Shown piece after piece: positions 1-8,003 of a stretch of DNA of 13,134 bases; position 1 is the stretch's first letter, and every line of letters begins with the position of its first letter. The translations under genes were made by a program, and so were the position numbers. The DNA comes from Armatimonadota bacterium. GTDB lineage: Bacteria > Armatimonadota > Zipacnadia > Zipacnadales > UBA5352. The stretch lies in contig JAYENL010000061.1 of the NCBI GenBank assembly GCA_034722055.1, positions 1 to 13,134 of the forward strand, written 5' to 3'. The notes beneath the pieces were generated by a model. The model saw only the letters and a list, made by a program, of their open reading frames with translations, was not told where the DNA came from and made no database searches.

Positions 1-1
1 G

Positions 2-517
2 GATCGACCCAAGAGCCAATCGGCCGAGTCCCGGCGGCTTCCGGACGAGCTGAGGCCAGGCCGGCGACATCCGCATCGCCTGAGCGATGAGGGCTACAAG
101 CATGTAGACCTGCCGATGATGGTGACGTGTCCGACGAAGCATCGGCGGCCTGTCCTGGTGGGGAGTGCCGCTGAGATCGTCATCGAGACGTTGATCCACG
201 CGGCGCAGCGGCGGGAGGCACGATTATTCGGATACTGCGCAATGCCTGACCATCTGCACTTCGCCATCAGATTCGCGAATGATGACCTGCCACCGCGGTT
301 CCTGCGCTACTTCAAGGCTGAGGCCTCGCGGCGCGTCAATGTCGCGTGGGGCATACCGGGGGCATTCAGGTGGCAGCGCAGCTACTGGGACACGTTCGCC
401 GACGATTCCTTGGCTGTGGCCGAGCAGGTGGCTTATATGATGGAGAACCCTGTGCGCTGGGGCCTGTGTGAGCGCCCGCAGGATTGGCCTCACAGCGCCG
501 ACCTCACCAAAGGGTAA
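2..517 (+). CDS. REP-associated tyrosine transposase (RAYT/TnpA-REP, IS200-like HUH Y1 family); probably 5'-truncated by the window
   Basis: Shows the HUH motif in YCAMPDHLHF, plus FK-x3-SR, WQRSYWD and YMMENPVRWGL..P.DWPHSA with the catalytic Tyr. The frame is open from position 2, and upstream of the tracked ATG (116) it encodes RRHPHRLSDEGY..., resembling the typical RAYT N-terminal RRxxRL..Y before VTxxTxxRRP. The true start is likely upstream of 116. Confidence 0.9.
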   Translation, partial: DRPKSQSAESRRLPDELRPGRRHPHRLSDEGYKHVDLPMMVTCPTKHRRPVLVGSAAEIVIETLIHAAQRREARLFGYCAMPDHLHFAIRFANDDLPPRFLRYFKAEASRRVNVAWGIPGAFRWQRSYWDTFADDSLAVAEQVAYMMENPVRWGLCERPQDWPHSADLTKG

Positions 518-522
518 CGTGG

Positions 523-573
523 TGGGCCGACCTGGGGCGACTGCTTTGCAGTCGCGCCTCGTGCGGCCCCTCC
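523..573 (-). repeat. REP-like palindromic element (GGAG-tagged, long type), copy 1
   Basis: The minus strand reads GGAG-GGGCCG-CACGAGGC-GCGACTGC-AAA-GCAGTCGC-CCCAGGT-CGGCCC-A. It has a perfect 8-bp inner stem (537-544/548-555) and an outer GGGCCG/CGGCCC stem, and lies 5 nt after the RAYT stop. Confidence 0.75.
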
Positions 574-667
574 ACACGGCTTACGGATGACGGCCGGCGT
601 CCTGCCCTTGGGCATCGGAGATCTGTCGCGGCCTGGCGGTCTGTGCGGAGCATCCAGTGCCGTACTC

Positions 668-719
668 GGAGGGGCCGCACGAGCCGCGCGAGCGCCGCGA
701 GCGCGGCGAGGCCGGCCCA
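668..719 (+). repeat. REP-like palindromic element (GGAG-tagged, long type), copy 2, inverted relative to copy 1
   Basis: 668-688 GGAGGGGCCGCACGAGCCGCG matches the reverse complement of 553-573 at 20/21. 709-719 AGGCCGGCCCA matches the reverse complement of 523-533 at 10/11. Inner stem is CCGCGC/GCGCGG. Confidence 0.75.
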
Positions 720-759
720 ACGCGAGGTCGTCTGTGGTCGTTCGCCGTTGCCGTTTGGT

Positions 760-801
760 TGTAGCTTGTCGCTCGTCGCTTGCAGCTTGTAGCTCGCCGT
801 T
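760..801. repeat. Degenerate heptamer tandem repeat (YGYMGYT x6)
   Basis: Reads tgtagct tgtcgct cgtcgct tgcagct tgtagct cgccgtt. Two related units (ggtcgtt cgccgtt) lie at 736-749. Confidence 0.75.
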
Positions 802-815
802 CGAGGATGACACTG

Positions 816-2075
816 ATGCAGAAGCTGGTACAGATCGGCGCCGGGAACATCGGCCGCTCCTTCGTGGGGCAGATCTTCTCCCGCGCCGGATATGAGGTCG
901 TGTTCGTGGATATCGACCAGGAGATCATCGAGGCGCTGAATGAGCGCGGCGAATACGTGGTCGAGATCAAGGACCGCGAGCCGCGGGAGATCACCGTCAC
1001 CAACGTGCGGGGCATCGACGGCCGCGACACGCGCGCGGTGGCGCGGGAGCTGGCGACCTGCCGCGTGGCGGCTACCGCCGTGGGGCCGGCGGCCCTGCCC
1101 TACATCTATCCGAACCTGGCAGCGGGGCTGCTACGGCGGGAGAAGCTGGGGAGCGGGCCGCTGGACGTGATCATCTGCGAGAACATGCGCAACGCCGCGG
1201 AGGCCATGTACAATGGCGTGGCCGAGCACGTGCCGCGGGACTTCCCCGTCCGCGAGATGCTGGGGGCGGTGGAGACCTCCATCGGCAAGATGGTGCCCAT
1301 CATGAGCGATGAGGTGCGGGAGCAGGACCCCCTTCTGGTCTACGCGGAGGCCTACAACACGCTCATCTGCGACGCCAGGGGCTTCAAGAACCCGGTGCCG
1401 GACGTGCCGCAGCTTGACGCCAAGCAGAACATGAAGGCCTACGTGGACCGCAAGCTCTTCATCCACAACCTCGGCCACGCCCTGTGCGCCTACTTCGCGC
1501 ACCTGGAGGCCCCGGAGCTGACCTACACCTGGGAGGCGGTGGAGCACGACACCATCGGGCCGGCCACGCGCGAGGGGATGATGGAGTCGGCGCGGGCGCT
1601 GATCCGGGGCTATCCGGAGGAGTTCAACGAGGAGAACCAGCGGGAGCACGTGGACGACCTGCTGCAGCGGTTCGAGAACAAGGCCCTCGGGGACACCATC
1701 TACCGCGTGGGGCGGGACGTGCGGCGGAAGCTGGGCCGGGACGAGCGCGTCATCGGCGCCCTGCGATTCGACGCCCGCTGGGACACCGATGCGCCCTACA
1801 CGGCGCTGTGCGCGGCGGCCGGGATGCGCTTTAGGGCTACCGACGAGAACGGGGAGATGTACGAGAACGACCGCGACTTCGCGGAGCACGTCTACCCGGA
1901 GGGGGCGGAGCACGTGCTGCGGGAGGTCTCGGAGCTGCGGCCCGGCGACCCCATCGACGATCAGGTCTTCCGGGCGGTGATGGCCGCGGACGAGTTCGTA
2001 GGCCGGCGCCTGGAGGCGGATGAGAGCATCCTGGACATCGAGGGCGATGAGTTCGGCACCTTCAGCGAGGAGTAG
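816..2075 (+). CDS. mtlD: Mannitol-1-phosphate 5-dehydrogenase family (long-chain polyol dehydrogenase)
   Basis: N-terminal Rossmann motif QIGAGNIGRSFVG, plus ICEN, YVDRKLFIHNLGHALCAY and RFENKALGDTIYRVGRDVRRKLGRDER, all typical of MtlD. GAGGA RBS at 803-807 precedes ATG 816; ATG 807 is an alternative start. Confidence 0.88.
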   Translation: MQKLVQIGAGNIGRSFVGQIFSRAGYEVVFVDIDQEIIEALNERGEYVVEIKDREPREITVTNVRGIDGRDTRAVARELATCRVAATAVGPAALPYIYPNLAAGLLRREKLGSGPLDVIICENMRNAAEAMYNGVAEHVPRDFPVREMLGAVETSIGKMVPIMSDEVREQDPLLVYAEAYNTLICDARGFKNPVPDVPQLDAKQNMKAYVDRKLFIHNLGHALCAYFAHLEAPELTYTWEAVEHDTIGPATREGMMESARALIRGYPEEFNEENQREHVDDLLQRFENKALGDTIYRVGRDVRRKLGRDERVIGALRFDARWDTDAPYTALCAAAGMRFRATDENGEMYENDRDFAEHVYPEGAEHVLREVSELRPGDPIDDQVFRAVMAADEFVGRRLEADESILDIEGDEFGTFSEE

Positions 2076-2104
2076 ACTCGCGCAGCCTCGGGCACGGAGG
2101 CAGA

Positions 2105-3520
2105 GTGCGCCCATACACCGCCGCCGTCGTGGCGGCCATAACTGTCGGCCTGACGGGAGCGATGATCATGGCGGATGAGGCGCTGCCGCCGCCTGAGACG
2201 CGCGGCGTGTGGTATCATTGCGGGACGGCGAATACGCTGCCGGACCAGGGCGCGGTCTACTCCGGCCCCATGGCGACCTACTGCGTGTGGCACCGGCCCA
2301 TGGCGATCTACGCCGAGGAGCCGAACCGCACATTCTTCGTCTACGGGAACGCGAACAATGCCCCCACCGTTAGCTTCTATGATCACGACAGCGGCGAGTG
2401 GGCCTACCCGGTGGTGCTGGGCAGCAACCCGGACGGCGACGCCCACCGCAATCCCACGCTGCTGATCGACGACGAGGGGCATCTCTACGTCTTCTGGGGC
2501 GCCCACGGGCATCAGACGCACGTGCATCGCTCGGTGCGGCCCTACGACATCAGCCGGTGGGAGGAGGTCGCGGAGGTGGAGCCGGGCGGCGGCACCTCCT
2601 ACCCGCAGCCGTGGATGCTGCGGGAGGGCGAGATCTTCGTCTCCTACCGGAAGGCGCCGGGCTGGCGGCTGCGGACATCGATCGACGGCGGCCAGAGCTG
2701 GTCGGAGCCCACCGACATCTGCGCCTTCGGCATCTCGCCCGAGGCCCGCGGGGCCTCGGAGTACTCCATCTACGGGGTGACGGTGGCCGAGGACGGCCCC
2801 TATCCGCGCAGGCTGCATTTCGCCTGGTCGCGGCTGGGCGGTGGGACGCCCGAGGAGATCGAGAGCAAGCACCTGTGGGCGCGCCGCTACAACGTCTACT
2901 ATGCCTACACCGACGACGGGGGTAAGACGTGGCGGCGCAGCGACGGGACGCCCTACGAGCTGCCCATCACGGAACAGAGCGCCGAGAAGGTCTACGACTG
3001 CGGGGAGCACGGCGTGTGGATCAAGGACATCCAGCTTGACGGGGAGGGCAGTCCCTACATCCTGTTCCTGGACGCGGAGGTGGAGACGTTCCGGGCCACC
3101 TGGAAGGTGGCTCGCGACCCGGCGGGCGGGTGGGCGATCACGGACGTGGCAGAGAGCGACCACATGTACGACGCGGGCTGCCTGATGATGATGGCGGATG
3201 ACGACATGCGCATCTGGGGGCCGACGACGGCGGTGCAGGCCCACGAGGACGGCGGCGAGATCGAGGAGTATCGCTCGGCGGATGCCGGCGCCACCTGGGC
3301 CCACACCCGCTCGCTGACCTCGGACTCGCAGTGGTCGCACAACCACGTGAAGCCGGTGATGGGCCACCGCCGCGGGCCGGGCGACGTGCGCGCCCTCTGG
3401 AGCTACGGGGACTCCCGGAAGCCCCCGGAGACGACCGACGTTCGGCTCTATTACATCGGGGATGGCATGGACAGGGGCCGGGAGGTTCCATTTCCTCCGG
3501 CCCCGGAGGAGGACGACTGA
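2105..3520 (+). CDS. Secreted BNR/Asp-box beta-propeller protein (BNR_4 / sialidase-like fold), function unknown
   Basis: Hydrophobic N-terminal signal-like segment and Asp-boxes SIDGGQSW, TDDGGKTW and SADAGATW. DAHRNPTLLIDDEGHLYVFWGAHG and TSYP are typical of BNR_4-type proteins. GGAGG RBS at 2096-2100 precedes the GTG. Confidence 0.8.
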   Translation: MRPYTAAVVAAITVGLTGAMIMADEALPPPETRGVWYHCGTANTLPDQGAVYSGPMATYCVWHRPMAIYAEEPNRTFFVYGNANNAPTVSFYDHDSGEWAYPVVLGSNPDGDAHRNPTLLIDDEGHLYVFWGAHGHQTHVHRSVRPYDISRWEEVAEVEPGGGTSYPQPWMLREGEIFVSYRKAPGWRLRTSIDGGQSWSEPTDICAFGISPEARGASEYSIYGVTVAEDGPYPRRLHFAWSRLGGGTPEEIESKHLWARRYNVYYAYTDDGGKTWRRSDGTPYELPITEQSAEKVYDCGEHGVWIKDIQLDGEGSPYILFLDAEVETFRATWKVARDPAGGWAITDVAESDHMYDAGCLMMMADDDMRIWGPTTAVQAHEDGGEIEEYRSADAGATWAHTRSLTSDSQWSHNHVKPVMGHRRGPGDVRALWSYGDSRKPPETTDVRLYYIGDGMDRGREVPFPPAPEEDD

Positions 3521-4521
3521 TGGCGAAGCGCTATCCGCTGAGACGGTGCGAGACCTGCAACGCGCGCGACATCTGCGCCTGCCGCGGGCCGGCGCAGCTC
3601 TCCTGCTACGTGGTGGAGCAGCTCACGGACAGCTTCGGCCACGACGGGATCGACACGCCGGAGGAGGTGGGGACGCCGGTGCCCTCCCGGGCGCGGGTGC
3701 TGGAGGCTCTCACCTGCTTCACGGACGTGCTGTTCCCGGGACGCATGGCCACGGAGCTGGAGCTGGACGGCTCCATGGAGGGCTTCGTGCAGGAGCGGCT
3801 GGCGCGGGGGTATCGGCTGATCCGGCGGGAGATCGAGCGCGCCCTGCCCTTCCGGTGGACCGGCGCCTACGCCCGGAGCAAGGGAGACACGGCCGGGGAC
3901 ACCGACGTGGAGGAGACGGCGGCGCTGCTGACCAATCGCTTCGTGGCGGGCATCCCGGAGGTGCGGCGGCTGCTGATCGACGATGTGCAGGCGGCCTACT
4001 ACGGGGACCCGGCGGCCCACACCTACGCCGAGATCATGCTCAGCTACCCGGGCCTGCAGGCCATCACGGTGCACCGCATCGCGCACATCCTCTACGAGCT
4101 GGACGTGCCGCTGATCCCGCGGATCATGAGCGAGCACGCCCACACCACCACGGGCATCGATATCAACCCCGGCGCCCGGATCGGCCACAGCTTCTTCATC
4201 GACCACGGCACCGGGGTGGTCATCGGCGAGACCTGCGAGATCGGCGACAACGTCAAGCTCTACCAGGGCGTGACCCTGGGCGCCAAGAGCTTCCCCCTTG
4301 ACGAGGACGGCAACCCCATCAAGGAGATCAAGCGCCACCCCACGCTGGAGGACGACGTTATCGTCTACGCCGGAGCCACGATCCTGGGCGGGGAGACGGT
4401 CATCGGCAGGGGCGCGGTGATCGGCTCCAACGTGTGGCTGCTCGAATCCGTGCCACCCGGCAGCACGGTGCTGCAGGGCGATGTTGAAGTGAAGGTCAAG
4501 CGCAACGAAGACAGCTCGTAG
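3520..4521 (+). CDS. cysE: Serine O-acetyltransferase (CysE/EpsC-type) with Cys-rich N-terminal extension
   Basis: Contains DVQAAYYGDPAA..EIMLSYPGLQAITVHRIAH, TGIDINPGARIG, FFIDHGTGVVIGET, YQGVTLGA and KRHPTLEDDV..YAGATILGG hexapeptide repeats. ATG 3520 overlaps the upstream stop (TGATG). The tracked start at 3331 lies inside the previous gene. Confidence 0.9.
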   Translation: MAKRYPLRRCETCNARDICACRGPAQLSCYVVEQLTDSFGHDGIDTPEEVGTPVPSRARVLEALTCFTDVLFPGRMATELELDGSMEGFVQERLARGYRLIRREIERALPFRWTGAYARSKGDTAGDTDVEETAALLTNRFVAGIPEVRRLLIDDVQAAYYGDPAAHTYAEIMLSYPGLQAITVHRIAHILYELDVPLIPRIMSEHAHTTTGIDINPGARIGHSFFIDHGTGVVIGETCEIGDNVKLYQGVTLGAKSFPLDEDGNPIKEIKRHPTLEDDVIVYAGATILGGETVIGRGAVIGSNVWLLESVPPGSTVLQGDVEVKVKRNEDSS

Positions 4522-4533
4522 GGAGGGTCCACC

Positions 4534-4689
4534 ATGGCGGAGACGGCCGAGAGTCACATCCAGGAAGCCGAGATGATCCTCGACGACATGCAGCGGCCGA
4601 TGGAGCAGCGGTATGCCGGCTCCCAGGCACACTCGCTGCTCGCCATCGCCATGCTGCTGCAGCAGATGCTGGAGGAGGACGAGGAGTAA
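4534..4689 (+). CDS. Small acidic hypothetical protein, 51 aa (MAETAESHIQEAEMILDDMQRPMEQRYAGSQAHSLLAIAMLLQQMLEEDEE), not in the ORF track
   Basis: GGGAGG RBS at 4521-4526, ATG 4534 and TAA 4687-4689. Third positions are GC-rich, and the ORF fills the gap between cysE and the lyase on the same strand. Confidence 0.75.
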   Translation: MAETAESHIQEAEMILDDMQRPMEQRYAGSQAHSLLAIAMLLQQMLEEDEE

Positions 4690-4716
4690 GCTGCAGCGCA
4701 AGGAGGAGGTGACGCC

Positions 4717-6192
4717 ATGGGGAGCGGGCGGTGGGCGCTGACCGCCGTGGCGGCGCTGGCGTGCATCGGCTGCTCGGCGCAGGAGCCAACCGCCGAGGAA
4801 GCGGCGGCGGCGCTGCGGCGAGCCGTCACCTTCTACCACAGCCAGGTGGCCGATCACGGTGGCTACGTCTGGCGATACAGTGGCGATCTCTCACTGCGGG
4901 AGGCCGAGGCCCGAACCGAGGGCGAGACCGTCTGGGTGCAGCCTCCCGGAACCCCGGCGGTGGGGATGGCCTTCCTGACCGCCTGGGAGGCCACCGGCGA
5001 GCAGCTCCACCTGGACGCCGCGCTCGACGCCGCCAACGCCCTGGTGCAGGGCCAGATGCTGTCAGGCGGATGGTACTACTCCATCCACTTCGATCCGGAG
5101 AAGCGCAGCGAGAAGATGTACCGTGTGGACCATCCGGACGCCGGCCGCGGCCCCACCACGGAGCCAGGGGGCGAGGAGGGCTGGCACGTCTGGAGGCGGC
5201 GCGAGCACGAGGGGAACATGACCATCCTCGACGATAACACCACCGCCTCGGCCATCCGGTTCCTGGCGCGGCTGGACGAGGCCCTCGACTTCGAGGACGA
5301 GCGCATCCACGGGGCGGTCGGCTACGGGCTGGAGTCGGCGCTGATGGCGCAGTATCCCATCGGCGCCTGGTCGCACAACTACGACCGCTTTCCGGCGCAC
5401 CGGCCTGACCTGTCGATCTATCCGGTGCTCGCCGCATCCTACCCGGATGAGTGGTCGCGGACGTGGACGAAGGATTGGGCCGGCTGCTACTACCTCAACG
5501 ACAACATCACGCCGGACATGATCGCGGCCATGCTGACCGCGTACGAGGTCTACGACGACGAGCGCTACCTGCGGGCGGCCGAGAGCGGCGGCGCCTTCCT
5601 GCTGCTGGCGCAGATGCCGGAGCCCCAGCCAGCGTGGTGCCAGCAGTATGACGCCAACATGCAGCCCGTCTGGGACCGGAAGTTCGAGCCGCCGGCAATC
5701 ACCGGGGAGGAATCGCAGGGCGTGCTCGAATGCCTCTTGCTCCTCTACCAGAGGACCGGCAAGCAGCCCTACCTGGAGCCGGTGCCTCAGGCCATCGAGT
5801 ACCTGCGCGCGTCGGCGCTGCCGGACGGAAAGCTGGCGCGGTTCTACGAGCTGAAGACGAACCGCCCGATGTACTTCACGCGCGACTACGAGATCACCTA
5901 TCGCACCGAGGACATGCCGGGGCATTACAGCTTCCAGCGGGAGAGCCGCCTGGGCGCCGTCGAGGCTGAGTACAAGCGGCTGCTGGAGGAGGGGCCCTCG
6001 CCGACGCCGGCCTCTCCCCCATCTCCGGATGAGGTTCGCGCGATCATCGACGCCATGGATGAGCGCGGGGCATGGGTGGAGGAGGGCGTGATGGATGCCT
6101 GGGACACCACGCCCGAAGCCAGCGTGATCGACAGCCAGGCGTTCATCGACAGCGTCCGGACGCTGAGCGAGTTCATCCGCGCCAGCCAATAG
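4717..6192 (+). CDS. Pectate lyase-like protein, polysaccharide lyase family 10 (PelA/Pel-15E type), secreted or lipoprotein
   Basis: Strong AGGAGGAGGT RBS and a signal peptide with a possible lipobox (ACIGC). Motifs WVQPPGTPAVG, LDDNTT, AQYPIGAW, LNDN, AWCQQYD..M.P...RKFEPPAI...ES and ARFYEL.TNRP are characteristic of PL10-type proteins. Confidence 0.8.
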   Translation: MGSGRWALTAVAALACIGCSAQEPTAEEAAAALRRAVTFYHSQVADHGGYVWRYSGDLSLREAEARTEGETVWVQPPGTPAVGMAFLTAWEATGEQLHLDAALDAANALVQGQMLSGGWYYSIHFDPEKRSEKMYRVDHPDAGRGPTTEPGGEEGWHVWRRREHEGNMTILDDNTTASAIRFLARLDEALDFEDERIHGAVGYGLESALMAQYPIGAWSHNYDRFPAHRPDLSIYPVLAASYPDEWSRTWTKDWAGCYYLNDNITPDMIAAMLTAYEVYDDERYLRAAESGGAFLLLAQMPEPQPAWCQQYDANMQPVWDRKFEPPAITGEESQGVLECLLLLYQRTGKQPYLEPVPQAIEYLRASALPDGKLARFYELKTNRPMYFTRDYEITYRTEDMPGHYSFQRESRLGAVEAEYKRLLEEGPSPTPASPPSPDEVRAIIDAMDERGAWVEEGVMDAWDTTPEASVIDSQAFIDSVRTLSEFIRASQ

Positions 6193-6208
6193 CGCTCACG
6201 AGCAGGCG

Positions 6209-7873
6209 TCACACCACCGGAAGCAGCAGTCGAGACTCGTGGCCCTCTGTGTGCAGAACGCGCTGGCGGGCGCTGATCGGTGGGTCGCCGCTCCACGTGG
6301 GCGCCATGGTGTTGGGGTGCGGCAGGATCCGCGGGAAGCTGCTGCTGGTGACGATCAGGGCGATGCGCGAGCCGGCGGGGAAGCGGTAGGCGAGATTGCC
6401 CAGGTGCAGTGGCAGGCGGGTGGGCTCGTCCGGGGTCAGCGGGCGCGGGTCGCTCCAGCTCTCCCGGTAGCGGCAGCGCAGGCTTCCGGCGGTCAGAGAG
6501 ATGACACGCCCAGATGGCTCCACCACGTACAGCTTCGCCACGATGTCGGTGTCCTCGGCGCTGGTAACGATCCACAGGTCCAGCTCGACCGAGCCCATGA
6601 CGGACAGCGGCTCGCCCAGGATATCGCTCCGGTAGTAGAGGACGTCCGCGCGCGTGAGGATGGGGCGCTGCTCTACGGGGCCGGCCGGCGAGAGCCCCCA
6701 GTAGATGGGCCCGCCGCGTGTGGGGCAGGGATCGCGCGGGTCATAGGTGTACTCGTCGGCCTCACTGCCCGCCGCCCCCTGCCGGGAGAGTCGTCCGTCG
6801 CCGCCCAGCCCGACGGCGTCCCCGGAGGAGCGCAGATACCACTCCTGAACCTGCGCCTGACGTGGGGGCCAGTCGGCCAGGCCCACCCAGCGGTTCTCGC
6901 CCATCAGGAAGACCCTCACCGGTGGCTCCTCGGAGATGCCGTCGTCGATGTCCCGCAGCCACAGATCGAGGAAGCGCAGATCGTAGTCATCGACCTTCAG
7001 CGCGGCCTCGGGGCCGAAGTCCCACTCCCCGTACTCCCGCTGGCCGACGGTGGAGTGCCCCCAGGGCCCGATGAGCAGCCGCTGACCGGTCCGCGCAAGG
7101 TCAGTCGCGCCGCGCTCGGCGATGCCGGAGAAGGCCTGGAACTGCCCTCGCGTGAGGTGATCGAACCAGCCGCCGATGTGCAGGCCCGCGGCGGCGATGC
7201 CCTCGTACATGCGGTGCTGGTCGATGGCCGCCCAGTAGTCATCGTAGCTGTCGTGCGCTACCCAGTTGCGCAGCTCCGGGGCCACCAGGCCCGTGCGCTC
7301 CTCGATCTCGGCCAGGCTGGAGAGGTCGTAAAGCTCCTCCCAGGTGAAGTGGCCGGCAGTGGGCTTGGTGCGGCAGGTGTTGTGGGTGAAGCACCAGCGC
7401 ACGGCGTTGGCGAGCGCGAAGCAGCCGTCGTAACGGATCCAGTCGGTGAAAAAGGTGGCGGGGGCGACCCTGGGGATGATGCAGCGCAGGGCCTCGTGGC
7501 CGCCGGCCGCCGCGGGGACCTGGACGATGCCCAGATAGCTGGCGCCGATTATGCCCACGCGGCCGTTGCACCAGGGCTGCTCGGCGATCCAGGCTACGGC
7601 GACCTGGCCGTCGAGGGCCTCGTGGATCAGCGGCCGGAAGGTGCCATCGGAGTCGTACTTGCCCCTGGTGTCCTGGATGACCCGAGCGTAGCCGCGATCG
7701 GTGTAGCGGTGAATGCCGGCCATGCCCGCCGGATCGCCGGTGGCGACGGCGCGGTGGTAGGGAGTGCGTGTGAGCAGCACCGGAAAGCTGCCGCCGGCGT
7801 CCGGCAGGTAGACGTCCGTGGCCAGCGTGGGGCCATCGCGTGTCGGCACGCGCTGATTGAGCATGACGCGCAT
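6209..7873 (-). CDS. CocE/NonD family alpha/beta hydrolase (peptidase S15 / X-Pro dipeptidyl-peptidase-like)
   Basis: Contains RDG..LATDVYLP, PVLLTRTPY, QDTRGKYDSDG, nucleophile GASYLG, GGWFD, IGPWGH and C-terminal YDPRDP.PT.GG and SSSFPR. Start moved to ATG 7873 because a GGAGGG RBS lies at 7886-7881 and the tracked extension crosses a REP-like hairpin. Confidence 0.92.
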   Translation of the reverse strand: MRVMLNQRVPTRDGPTLATDVYLPDAGGSFPVLLTRTPYHRAVATGDPAGMAGIHRYTDRGYARVIQDTRGKYDSDGTFRPLIHEALDGQVAVAWIAEQPWCNGRVGIIGASYLGIVQVPAAAGGHEALRCIIPRVAPATFFTDWIRYDGCFALANAVRWCFTHNTCRTKPTAGHFTWEELYDLSSLAEIEERTGLVAPELRNWVAHDSYDDYWAAIDQHRMYEGIAAAGLHIGGWFDHLTRGQFQAFSGIAERGATDLARTGQRLLIGPWGHSTVGQREYGEWDFGPEAALKVDDYDLRFLDLWLRDIDDGISEEPPVRVFLMGENRWVGLADWPPRQAQVQEWYLRSSGDAVGLGGDGRLSRQGAAGSEADEYTYDPRDPCPTRGGPIYWGLSPAGPVEQRPILTRADVLYYRSDILGEPLSVMGSVELDLWIVTSAEDTDIVAKLYVVEPSGRVISLTAGSLRCRYRESWSDPRPLTPDEPTRLPLHLGNLAYRFPAGSRIALIVTSSSFPRILPHPNTMAPTWSGDPPISARQRVLHTEGHESRLLLPVV

Positions 7874-7917
7874 CTCGGATCCCTCCAGGCGCGACTGCGC
7901 AGTTGCGGAAAGCACGG

Positions 7918-7947
7918 ACGGCGTGCAGGCGAGGGCGCCTGCACTAC
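7918..7947 (-). repeat. GTAG-tagged REP-like hairpin (CCCT-loop family)
   Basis: Minus strand reads GTA-GTGCAGGCG-CCCT-CGCCTGCAC-GCCGT, a perfect 9-bp stem. Confidence 0.75.
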
Positions 7948-8003
7948 TTAACACGTGGGCCGGAGTGGAACCTGAACGGCGCGTTCAGAACGCACCGCCC
8001 TGC

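Noticed and set aside
2..517. IS200/IS605 element with tnpB
   Set aside because: No tnpB follows, and the protein motifs (WQRSYWD, YMMENPVRWGL) plus flanking REP-like repeats fit a RAYT better. The upstream side is outside the window.
484..1030. Short ORFs spanning the RAYT-mtlD gap
   Set aside because: The Arg/Ala/Pro-rich translations run through REP hairpins and the heptamer repeat, and lack convincing RBS or motifs.
1131..6189. Long - strand ORFs (1131-2114, 1961-3367, 3451-4857, 5062-6189)
   Set aside because: They are antisense to the clearly identifiable + strand operon genes and have no family motifs.
6193..6208. Expected bidirectional terminator between convergent genes
   Set aside because: The gap is only 16 nt, with no convincing hairpin plus U-tract.
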